Virus record (IMG/VR): IMGVR_UViG_3300027743_000033
Coordinates: 1 to 52,412 of that record
Reading direction: 5' to 3' (one strand)
DNA from: a virus
Lineage: Duplodnaviria; Caudoviricetes
DNA length: 52,412 nucleotides
The notes beneath the pieces are model-generated. The model was not told where the DNA came from. It ran no database searches and worked only from the letters and a program-made list of their open reading frames with translations. A program made the position numbers and the translations under genes. This document shows positions 25,765 to 34,141 of this stretch, one piece after another (position 1 is the stretch's first letter; the number at the start of each line of letters is the position of its first letter).

Positions 25765-26355
25765 ATGGACGACAAGGACAAGCGACAAGACGTGCCCCCG
25801 AGCCACCCGAGCCACCCCGACTCAGTACGTCGATGGAACGACGAGTTGAAGATGTATGTTTGGCAAGACCGCCAAGCCCCCGCTCCGCTGAGCCGGGCGG
25901 ATGGCTGGCAGTTGGTGGCAAAGCCACTTCGAGATGAGATCGATGATGTTGTAGAGTTGTGTCGCAAGCAAATGACGGGTCGAGTCGGGCCTACGCAAAC
26001 GGCAACTTGGTGCGCGTGCGCATCATTGAGCCATTGCCGTCACGAAAACCCCGCGGCGCCAACAGACCCTCCACCATCCCCACCCCCTCAATCGGGAGAC
26101 GGGGAGGCCTCCGACCGCGTCGCCACCCACGACCAGTTGAAAGAGGAGGTTCGCAAGCTGCGTGAGATGATCGAGAAGTTGCGGGATGTCGTGAGACAGC
26201 GCACGAAACTACTTGACGACCAATTCGGCACCCCCTGCGAACAGATACGCCACGAGCAAGAGGTCGAGCGGCTGCGGGAAGAAGTTCTCGAACTGCGTGG
26301 GATGATCGAGAAATTGAGGGGCGCGCGATCTTGGGGAGACTATACCAGGTCATAG
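25765..26355 (+). CDS. Mosaic hypothetical protein ending in a coiled coil plus LRGARSWGDYT
   Basis: GAGGAG RBS; C-terminal motif shared with 44338-44484. Confidence 0.55.
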   Translation: MDDKDKRQDVPPSHPSHPDSVRRWNDELKMYVWQDRQAPAPLSRADGWQLVAKPLRDEIDDVVELCRKQMTGRVGPTQTATWCACASLSHCRHENPAAPTDPPPSPPPQSGDGEASDRVATHDQLKEEVRKLREMIEKLRDVVRQRTKLLDDQFGTPCEQIRHEQEVERLREEVLELRGMIEKLRGARSWGDYTRS

Positions 26356-26436
26356 GTGCAGCACCCATGCGCAGGCTGACCAAGGAAATGCACGTTCGGA
26401 TGCCGAGTGAGGGATGATGAAATCTAGGGGATACCT

Positions 26437-26778
26437 ATGGACATCAATCCAAAGGACTACGTCGAGACAAATTGGGACGGCAGGATCATGGACCGAACTA
26501 TCGGAACGATGCATGGCAAGGATCGCGTCTGGACTATTGAAGTTGGCGACGGCGCAGTCATGTCGGTGCCAATCGGACAGTGGCTTTGGCAACTGCGCTA
26601 TGTGCGGCCAGAGCCGGATCGAGGACCAAACATCTGCGACGACCGCATGCTCGCGGCTGGTGTGCTAGAAAGCTATATGTATCTCGTGCAGGAATGCACG
26701 AAGGACGAGGCATGGCGTCGGATCAAACTCATGCGCGAATCACTCAGGCTCAATCAGCCCGGCATGCCTTCTCTCTGA
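26437..26778 (+). CDS. Hypothetical protein
   Basis: 113-aa ORF with an AGGGGA RBS. Confidence 0.6.
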   Translation: MDINPKDYVETNWDGRIMDRTIGTMHGKDRVWTIEVGDGAVMSVPIGQWLWQLRYVRPEPDRGPNICDDRMLAAGVLESYMYLVQECTKDEAWRRIKLMRESLRLNQPGMPSL

Positions 26779-26814
26779 CAGCGAGGGGACAGCCATGGAC
26801 ATCAACGCAGCGGA

Positions 26815-27093
26815 CTACGCCGAACTAAGCGCCGCGGGATTGAGCAACGGCAACTCCAGCCAGGCGGGCTTTGCCGGCTGACGGCAGTCGCGAATGTCTC
26901 GGACCAGATTGCTGATGAGCTCGAGCTGCGACTTGTTGCGCTCGCTGGCATTGGCGGCGACCTCGCCGAGCACGTAAGCTGCGAAGCCAAGGAAGCCGAC
27001 GTTGACCACCAGCAGCGCGATGGCCAGCGGCGTCGACTTCATCGCATCCAGGGTGCTGGCGGCAACCTTTCCAACTTCCTCTGGAATACTCAT
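26815..27093 (-). CDS. Lysis-associated single-TM protein (holin-like)
   Basis: TM helix PLAIALLVVNVGFLGFAAYVL; ATGA-coupled downstream of the endolysin. Confidence 0.55.
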   Translation of the reverse strand: MSIPEEVGKVAASTLDAMKSTPLAIALLVVNVGFLGFAAYVLGEVAANASERNKSQLELISNLVRDIRDCRQPAKPAWLELPLLNPAALSSA

Positions 27094-28034
27094 CGGCTAC
27101 CCCCCGACGGAAAGATGACCTCGACCTCGTCATCGGTCTTGAGGCCAAGGTCGGCCAGCAAGCCAGGGCTAAGGTCAGCCACCCGCCCCGTGGCCTCGTT
27201 CGGCCCCCAGTCGGCCGGGAATGCCGTCAGCTCGATTCCGCCCGCGCGCACGATCGCAATCTCCTCGCGCATCATCGCTTTCGGCGTCACGTTGTAATCC
27301 CATCGGCAAGCGACGTAGTGGATGTGCGGATTGAGCCGCCGCGCCAGGCCAGTCGTCCCTTCCGGCTGATACGGCAGGAACAGGTGCGGCGCCTGCTCGA
27401 CCTCGGAGATGAAGGCGAGACCCTCGCTCGGCGAGACCCCCGTGTCGTCCGGCCCGCCGAAGCTGGAGCACTTGCCGCGCGCCGTGAAGGCCGGCGCCGG
27501 CGCCTCGGCGATGCCGTCCAACGGCGCACCGCCGAGCTCATCGGCGATCGCCATGCAGATGTCATAAACCTTCGCCTCGTAGATCTTCGCGTCGGCCTCG
27601 CTGTCGACGAAACAGATCTCGAGCAAGATCGCTGGCTTCTCGGTGTTGTTGAGAAAGAACAGATCGGTGGTCCGCTTCGCGCCGCGATTGATGAAGCCGC
27701 AGGACGCAATGGCAGCGGACATCTCAGCGGCGAGCGCCTCTTGCGTCACATACCAGACCTCGGTGCCGACCGGCCCCTCGCGCTGCTCGAACGCGTTGAA
27801 ATGGATTGAGACATCGAGATCGCGTTCCTGCGCGTTGTGAAATGCAACGATGCGTTCGAGGTTCTCTTGCTGGGTCTTGCTGGTGTTGTCGTGAAACACC
27901 ATCACGTCGGCGCCGCGGTTGTGCAGCTCGGCTGCAACGCCATTGACAACCCTGCGGGCCTCATTGACCTCGTCGAGGATGCCGCAGGCGCCGCGAACGT
28001 AGAGACCGTGACCAGACGATATGACGACGCGCAT
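27090..28034 (-). CDS. Endolysin: Amidase_3 N-acetylmuramoyl-L-alanine amidase with a C-terminal RlpA/DPBB-like domain
   Basis: ISSGHG, E, VSIHFNA and ILLEICFVD; C-terminal DWGP..TGRVADLSPG. Confidence 0.88.
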   Translation of the reverse strand: MRVVISSGHGLYVRGACGILDEVNEARRVVNGVAAELHNRGADVMVFHDNTSKTQQENLERIVAFHNAQERDLDVSIHFNAFEQREGPVGTEVWYVTQEALAAEMSAAIASCGFINRGAKRTTDLFFLNNTEKPAILLEICFVDSEADAKIYEAKVYDICMAIADELGGAPLDGIAEAPAPAFTARGKCSSFGGPDDTGVSPSEGLAFISEVEQAPHLFLPYQPEGTTGLARRLNPHIHYVACRWDYNVTPKAMMREEIAIVRAGGIELTAFPADWGPNEATGRVADLSPGLLADLGLKTDDEVEVIFPSGGSR

Positions 28035-28044
28035 TTTTTACCTC

Positions 28045-28143
28045 TCAGCGAGTGAACATCAGAAGCAGCAGCACGGCCAGGATCGGGAGCGTGCTGGCGG
28101 AAACGATCTGCGCCACCAGCAAACGGTCAATCGGTCTTCGCAT
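28045..28143 (-). CDS. 32-aa TM peptide upstream of the endolysin
   Basis: MRRPIDRLLVAQIVSASTLPILAVLLLLMFTR; TGATG coupling. Confidence 0.45.
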   Translation of the reverse strand: MRRPIDRLLVAQIVSASTLPILAVLLLLMFTR

Positions 28144-28727
28144 CACAGGCTCGTTGAATAATTTACATTCAACTGATCACCATTCACTACCGCCTTATCA
28201 CCCGTGCTGAACGTGCCGGCACTCCACAGCACGCCGCCGGTGTCGTCCTTGGTGGCGACCGCGCCGGTGCCGAAGACCAGGAACGCGCCCTTCACTGTGC
28301 CCGTGCTGGTGATGGCGAACGATAGCGCCGCCGACAGCGCCTTCGATCCCGCCGAGGCCGCCGACCACACCGCGGTCTTGCGGTTGCCCGTGTACGTCGG
28401 CGCATTGGCGCCGCCAGCTTCCAGCCATCCCGAGTGCGACGCCATGGTGTCGCCGGCGGCGACTGCGCTGTAGGACGCGGACGAGATCAGGCCCATGTAA
28501 GGCCCGGTCACGGTGTAGGCCGCCCCGGCAAAGGCGGTATCCAGCATCAGGTTCTTGCCGACCGTGGCGACGACGTTCTCGATCACCTCGCGCCATTTCA
28601 GCTTGCCGTCCGCGCCGATGCATTCGACCTCGTAGCGGCCATGTGCCTCGGCGTGCTCGCCGAGACCAGAGCCACGGACAACGGACGCATCATTGCATTC
28701 GCGCGCCTGCGCGCGTTCGTCGGTCAT
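28143..28727 (-). CDS. Virion tail-associated protein
   Basis: G/A/T-rich, beta-type composition; distal tail position. Confidence 0.65.
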   Translation of the reverse strand: MTDERAQARECNDASVVRGSGLGEHAEAHGRYEVECIGADGKLKWREVIENVVATVGKNLMLDTAFAGAAYTVTGPYMGLISSASYSAVAAGDTMASHSGWLEAGGANAPTYTGNRKTAVWSAASAGSKALSAALSFAITSTGTVKGAFLVFGTGAVATKDDTGGVLWSAGTFSTGDKAVVNGDQLNVNYSTSL

Positions 28728-28759
28728 CAGGTTTCTCCATTAAGTCAGCGTGAAGGAAA

Positions 28760-29686
28760 CTAGGCAGTCCACCCCGAGGTGAACCCGGATGGCACGGCGC
28801 CAGCGAATGCAGACGCACCGAAATTGGCAGTAAACACATTATTGGCGGCGCCAGCAGTGCCGCCAAAAACTACAAACGGCACCATCGTGCCCGCCGGGAT
28901 TGTGACACCTCCGACATTGGTAGCCGGGTCATAGGTGGCGTTATTATTCCAATTGCCCGAAGCTCCGCGACGGAACCAGATCTTCCGGTTGGTCAGATCA
29001 ACCGCCATTCCGTACGTTGAGCCACTCCCGCTGATAGAAATTCCTTGGCTAGAGCCATTCGAATAAATAGCCCCAGAAGTCACATACACAACACTGCCCG
29101 TCGTCGCGCTATTACTCATGCCGGTATAAGTCGATGCTGTTGTGCCTATGCCTAGACCACGATTGGCGCCACCCGTGTTCGTCGTGAACGTCGCCTCGAA
29201 ATAGAACTTGCCGGTGGTCTTGCCTGCCGTACTGGCGGCTCGCGCCCCCTGGTCGGCCGAAGTCGTTCCGGTATTGGTGGCGACCAGATTGCCGCCTGAG
29301 AGTGTGACAGCGGTAACGGTCGCCGGGTCCCATGTTGCATACGCAACGCCGCTGATCACCGAAGCATCTTGCGTGGATGCCGCGGTAGCCGTCTCCGCCA
29401 CCGTTCCAACAACAGGCACAGAAGACGTATCGGCAGCGGCTGCCGCTTCGACGATCCCGGCAGCGTAGGCGAGCCCGGCAGTGACGGTGGAGCTGGCGTT
29501 TGCCACCTCGCGCATGATCTGCCCGAGGAACGCATCGACGTGGTCGCCCACCGAAGCCGGGTCGTCCACCAGCGTGGCGAAGACGACGTTGCCGGTCCCC
29601 GGTGCATCCAACGCCGCGGCAGCCTCGGCAACATCGGCCGCGATCGCCGCCCGCCGCCGCGATTGGATGACGTTACAGACGAGCAT
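28760..29686 (-). CDS. Tail/receptor-binding protein with a SPRY/ConA-like domain
   Basis: VTLSGGNLVAT, TGKFYFE and YGMAVDLTNRKIWFR. Confidence 0.72.
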   Translation of the reverse strand: MLVCNVIQSRRRAAIAADVAEAAAALDAPGTGNVVFATLVDDPASVGDHVDAFLGQIMREVANASSTVTAGLAYAAGIVEAAAAADTSSVPVVGTVAETATAASTQDASVISGVAYATWDPATVTAVTLSGGNLVATNTGTTSADQGARAASTAGKTTGKFYFEATFTTNTGGANRGLGIGTTASTYTGMSNSATTGSVVYVTSGAIYSNGSSQGISISGSGSTYGMAVDLTNRKIWFRRGASGNWNNNATYDPATNVGGVTIPAGTMVPFVVFGGTAGAANNVFTANFGASAFAGAVPSGFTSGWTA

Positions 29687-30295
29687 TCAAGTTCCTCCAG
29701 CAGAAAACGTGGCGCTGGGTGGGTCTATGATCACATCCAGAGTAAATGTCAGGGTTTCTTCAGGCGCGGCCCTTCCGGATTTCGCCATTGGGTTGTTGAA
29801 CAACCCTGGTATGATTGCGGTGGCGATTGCCTGCCACTCATAATAATTGTCTGCAAAAGCTACGGTCGGCCTCAAGTTCATGGCAACTTTTATTTGTATT
29901 GTGTTTTCCCCCAGGAACGGTTTCTGAGGCGGAGTTGTAGAACTGTCGTAGGTAACCTGGCCGGACACAGTACCCACGACTGGCAATTGCCGAAGCGACC
30001 AATTCGCTTTCAGTGTGCCTGACTCTCCGACGGGCATGGTCAGCTCAGTACGGCCACCGTACCAGGGGGGGAAAGACGGATGGGTCCCTTCCACCGCATT
30101 CACCTTGAACGTACTTGGATCAAGCAGGGGAAGACCTTGTACCGACAATGTCGCGATGGTCGGAGTGCTGTCTATATAAATACCTAACGGTCTGGCAGAA
30201 AAACCAAGCGATAATACTGCAAGTGAAAGGCCCTCAGCCCAGTGCACATTGTAGATGCGCGTCAGCACATCCTGCGAGTACGGCCCGACCGGCAT
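29687..30295 (-). CDS. Tail-tip region hypothetical protein (variable)
   Basis: In the tail operon; the body has lower GC than its start. Confidence 0.6.
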   Translation of the reverse strand: MPVGPYSQDVLTRIYNVHWAEGLSLAVLSLGFSARPLGIYIDSTPTIATLSVQGLPLLDPSTFKVNAVEGTHPSFPPWYGGRTELTMPVGESGTLKANWSLRQLPVVGTVSGQVTYDSSTTPPQKPFLGENTIQIKVAMNLRPTVAFADNYYEWQAIATAIIPGLFNNPMAKSGRAAPEETLTFTLDVIIDPPSATFSAGGT

Positions 30296-31092
30296 CAGAT
30301 ATCCGTGCGCAGGAACGGCAGCGTCACGGATAGCCCGGACGGCGCGGCATTATCGGATTGCGTGGCGCGGATGGCGTAGCTGTCGCCCTCGGCAAAATCC
30401 ACCAGCGCCGGAATGTTGAACGTACCGGCTTTGCCGCCGCCGGCATCGAGACCGCCGACAGCAAAGGTTATGGTGCCGATCTCGACGCGGTTCTTTTCGA
30501 TCGACAAGATGATGCTGGTGCCCGCAGCGATACCCACGTCCAGATAGGCGTAGGCGTGCGCGTCGCCGCTCACGATCTGCATCGTCCTGCCGGCAACCGC
30601 CTGGAACAGCAACTCGTCCGGCTCGCGCTGGATGGACCCCGGCACAAAGATGGCCGCGTCGTAGTTCACGTCATACAGCGGCAGCCAAAACGAATAGAGC
30701 GGGTTCTCGTCGGTGCTCCCGTCCGTCGCATTCGGGTCGAAGATCGCCGGCAGCGGCGGCGTCATGTGATCGAACAGCACCTGGAACATGCCGAGGCCGC
30801 GGGCCGAGATCATCTGTCCGCGGGTGTATGGCGTGCTGTTGGTCCACTGCCCGACGTAGGTGATGACGGCAATCGGCAGCGGAATGACTTGCGACGTCCC
30901 ATCGGTGAAATGGATCGTCATGCTGTTGGGTGTGGAGCTGACGCTCTCGATGCTCTTGCCGTCAGCCAGGTCGGCGTTCAGGGCGACGATGCGCTGATCG
31001 AGGTCGTAAAAATTGCCGTCGACCTGGCCCGCGCTGTTCGGCGCGCCGGTGCCAGAACCCCAGGCGCCGGTGGTAACGTATACGATCGTCAT
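30295..31092 (-). CDS. Minor tail protein with a CBM-like repeat
   Basis: QVDGNFYDL and YVGQWTNSTPYTRGQMI. Confidence 0.65.
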   Translation of the reverse strand: MTIVYVTTGAWGSGTGAPNSAGQVDGNFYDLDQRIVALNADLADGKSIESVSSTPNSMTIHFTDGTSQVIPLPIAVITYVGQWTNSTPYTRGQMISARGLGMFQVLFDHMTPPLPAIFDPNATDGSTDENPLYSFWLPLYDVNYDAAIFVPGSIQREPDELLFQAVAGRTMQIVSGDAHAYAYLDVGIAAGTSIILSIEKNRVEIGTITFAVGGLDAGGGKAGTFNIPALVDFAEGDSYAIRATQSDNAAPSGLSVTLPFLRTDI

Positions 31093-31487
31093 CGTGTCAC
31101 GTCTGTCGCCAGGGGTACGACATTGTTGGCTTGCGGCGGATCGTTATAGAGCACTTTGATCGGCCCCTGGTCTGTCTCCAACCTAACTCGCTTCAAGCGC
31201 TCGACCTCGACGAAATTCTCTGCGCTCAAAATGGTGGCGCCGCCCGCCGTCGTCTTGACCTGGTGGACCCTCTCTTTATCGAATTGCCGCGCCGATTCCC
31301 GATGCTGCGACTTCTGACGCGAAAGGCTGACGCTCCAAGTGTGAGGAATGTCGATCGACTTGCCGCCCGAGCCGCTGATGACGGCGAGGCCCTGCGTGGG
31401 GTCACTCTCGAGTGCCAGCACGCGCGGAGGCGCCGGCCGGATGTTGGGCAAGACGACCGGACGAACGACGACTTCAAACCCTGCCAT
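31089..31487 (-). CDS. Minor tail protein
   Basis: Coupled ORF in the tail operon. Confidence 0.6.
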   Translation of the reverse strand: MAGFEVVVRPVVLPNIRPAPPRVLALESDPTQGLAVISGSGGKSIDIPHTWSVSLSRQKSQHRESARQFDKERVHQVKTTAGGATILSAENFVEVERLKRVRLETDQGPIKVLYNDPPQANNVVPLATDVTR

Positions 31488-31489
31488 TG

Positions 31490-33562
31490 TTACACAGCCT
31501 CCAAGTCATAGCCGGTCGGCACACTCAACATAGTAACCGCAATCTCGTAATCGCTGGAGAACTGGCGAGACATGCTCTTGAGCTTGAACGTTGCCTTGGT
31601 CGGAACCTCGTTCAAGGCGTTGCTGATCGACTGTGACCGCGCCTGAACTGCGGCTTGCCTCTGCTCGTCGGTGATGGCGAAGTTCTGGTCCTCGTCCCCG
31701 CCGCCAACGATGAGCCCGGTGTCGAATAGCTCGACGATAGGCGATGGGGAAACCCAATGGGCATGCGTCCAAACGTAGTTCACCTGCACCGATGCCGGAT
31801 TTTCGACGGCGAGCGGAATGTCGATCACATCCTCGGCCTTGAGCGTGGAAAGGAAGTTGATCCCATCGTCGTTCGGGTCCGCGGCCGGCGGCTGATAGCC
31901 GACCGAGGTGTCGAACAAGACCGTGCGGCCGGTGAACTGCTGATAGTCCGCGCCGGCATATTCGACATCGCAATACGTCGGCTCGCCGCCGGCAGCCACC
32001 GCCGAGCCGCCGCGGCCGATCGCGCAGCCGATGCGGATCTCGCACTTGACGCGCCCGTCCGAGCCGTCCAGCGCCAGCGAATAACCGATGACCTTACCAA
32101 GCGCCTCGCCGATCCGAGGCTCGATCAGAAATGCGTTCTTGCGCAACGTAATTTCCGGCATGCGCGACAGCTTCGGTGCGAACGCGATCTCCACCACCCG
32201 CGCCCGCTTCATCAGGTGAGCCCGCGCCAGTGCGATCAGGTGCTCGAGGCTCTGGTTGCCGCGCTCGGTCGCGATGTAGGACCGCCGCCGCGGATCGACG
32301 ATCGGCACATGGGCCTCGGACCCTTCGCCGATGGCCTCGCTCAGGTTGACCGACTTGACGTCGTCAACCCGCAACGCCTCGCCATCCTCGGGATCGGTCA
32401 AGACATGCTGCACGTCGGCGTAGAGCGAGAACGACACCAGCTCCGTGCATTGCCGATTGGCGGTGTAGCCCGCCAGCAGTGTGGGTGCGATGGTGTTGAG
32501 TGGCACCACGGCACCCACACCCGACCAGTTGCGGCTATAGGACGAGGTGTATGAGGATATAATTCCCCCAGGCTCGGGCGCGGTCGCGAAGCTGATCTTG
32601 TCTTGGGTCAGCATCTCGGGATAGGTGATGGCGATCGGGCCCATCACGAAACTCGTCGTTTCCGTATAATTCAGGGTCGTGGTCGAACCGCCGAACCAGC
32701 TCGTGTCCGGGAAAAAGAGCTTCTGTTGGCTACCCACGCTCTTGCTCTGAACCGTGAAGTCATACGGCGTGCTGGCGGTTGCTTCGCTGACGACCCAGCC
32801 ATCCCCAATCCCGGCCCCGGCCTTCGGCCAGCTATCGGCCGTCATGGTCAGCGAAGTGATGTAGTTGGGGCCCGCCTCCGGCCAGTTGCGGATCAAGTAT
32901 TTCGTCAGGTCGACCGTGCCCTGCGCCTGCTGCGTCCAGGTATATTCGGCTTTGACGTCGACGCGCGCGAGCGGGCCGCTGGTCAGCGTGAGCCCGAGGC
33001 CGTCATACAAGATCTTACCGTCCTCGCTGGCGCCGTCGAACTCGACCAGGCCATCCTCGCCGGTGATCTCGTCCGAGACCGTCAAGAGATGCGTCTCGCG
33101 GTCGTAGTGCCAGATTGCGCTGTAGCCCTCGAGCACGACCTCGGGGTCGGTGCGCCGCGCCTTGTCGATCACCACCTCGTCGTAATACGGCAGCACCCGC
33201 AGCGTCTCAGCCAGGGCCTCCTTCTGCGCCACCAGATCGATCGGCCGCGCCACGAATTCGAGCGTCACGAGTTCCTCGAATATCGAAGTCGGCACCCCGA
33301 CGAGGCGCCCGCGGAAGCGAACCAGATCCGGCCCGCAGTCGAACGCGAACCAACACCAGATCTTGCGGCCGGGGCCGAGCAGGCCGATGGCATTGCCGGC
33401 ATCGTTGCGCGGGCGGCGAACGACCAGGGTCAAGGATGCCGGGTCGCCCTCGTCCTGCTTGAGCGTGAAGCTGAAGATGTTCTCGTCCCAGCGCATATGT
33501 TCTGGCGCGAACGTCGTCTCGGTCGGGTCGACCCAGGCGAAATACGGCAAGCCGGCAGGCAT
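31490..33562 (-). CDS. Tail tip/hub protein
   Basis: 690 aa, second gene after the tape measure gene. Confidence 0.7.
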   Translation of the reverse strand: MPAGLPYFAWVDPTETTFAPEHMRWDENIFSFTLKQDEGDPASLTLVVRRPRNDAGNAIGLLGPGRKIWCWFAFDCGPDLVRFRGRLVGVPTSIFEELVTLEFVARPIDLVAQKEALAETLRVLPYYDEVVIDKARRTDPEVVLEGYSAIWHYDRETHLLTVSDEITGEDGLVEFDGASEDGKILYDGLGLTLTSGPLARVDVKAEYTWTQQAQGTVDLTKYLIRNWPEAGPNYITSLTMTADSWPKAGAGIGDGWVVSEATASTPYDFTVQSKSVGSQQKLFFPDTSWFGGSTTTLNYTETTSFVMGPIAITYPEMLTQDKISFATAPEPGGIISSYTSSYSRNWSGVGAVVPLNTIAPTLLAGYTANRQCTELVSFSLYADVQHVLTDPEDGEALRVDDVKSVNLSEAIGEGSEAHVPIVDPRRRSYIATERGNQSLEHLIALARAHLMKRARVVEIAFAPKLSRMPEITLRKNAFLIEPRIGEALGKVIGYSLALDGSDGRVKCEIRIGCAIGRGGSAVAAGGEPTYCDVEYAGADYQQFTGRTVLFDTSVGYQPPAADPNDDGINFLSTLKAEDVIDIPLAVENPASVQVNYVWTHAHWVSPSPIVELFDTGLIVGGGDEDQNFAITDEQRQAAVQARSQSISNALNEVPTKATFKLKSMSRQFSSDYEIAVTMLSVPTGYDLEAV

Positions 33563-33572
33563 CAGGCGATCC

Positions 33573-33962
33573 TCACGGCGCCACGCGTGATTCTGCCTCA
33601 AGCGTCCACGCCACTTCGGCCGCCCATTCGTCGCGCGACGTGTTCCAGCTCGTGACCTTGGCCAGGATAGTCAGCACCTCGCCTGCGCCATCGGTGCCGC
33701 CGCTGCCGAGGCCGGGGATGCAGACGATGGTGACATCCGTCCCCGGCCAGACATCCGTGAGCTCGGGCGCCTCGTGGTCCGTGCAACTGATCGTCACCTT
33801 GTGTTGACGGAATTGCGCCAGCGAGATGTCGGCGAGCGCGCCTCGGCAGTCGCGCGCCAGAGCTGCCGCCTGATCGATCGGCGCCAGCGTCATGGTGATG
33901 CCGCGCACGGCGTATTGGCTGAAGTCCACACCGTCGATCGCCAGCAGCGTATAGGCAGGCAT
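33573..33962 (-). CDS. Distal-tail-like minor tail protein
   Basis: 129 aa, first gene after the tape measure gene. Confidence 0.62.
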   Translation of the reverse strand: MPAYTLLAIDGVDFSQYAVRGITMTLAPIDQAAALARDCRGALADISLAQFRQHKVTISCTDHEAPELTDVWPGTDVTIVCIPGLGSGGTDGAGEVLTILAKVTSWNTSRDEWAAEVAWTLEAESRVAP

Positions 33963-34141
33963 CAGGATATGACTCGCTTCTCGTCGGTGATAGGCTATAT
34001 GGATCGCGTTCGGAGAGCCCCGTCGCCTGAAGGATCGAGGCGATGCTGCCAAGCAGCCGTACAACAGGGGCCGCCCACGGCATGCTTCTTCTCTAGCAAA
34101 GCCTTGGTCGTGCCCGAGTCCACTACCGTCAGAGCCATCTG

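Noticed and set aside
28760-31092. Diversity-generating retroelement acting on tail adhesins
   Set aside because: No reverse transcriptase gene and no TR/VR repeat pair were seen.
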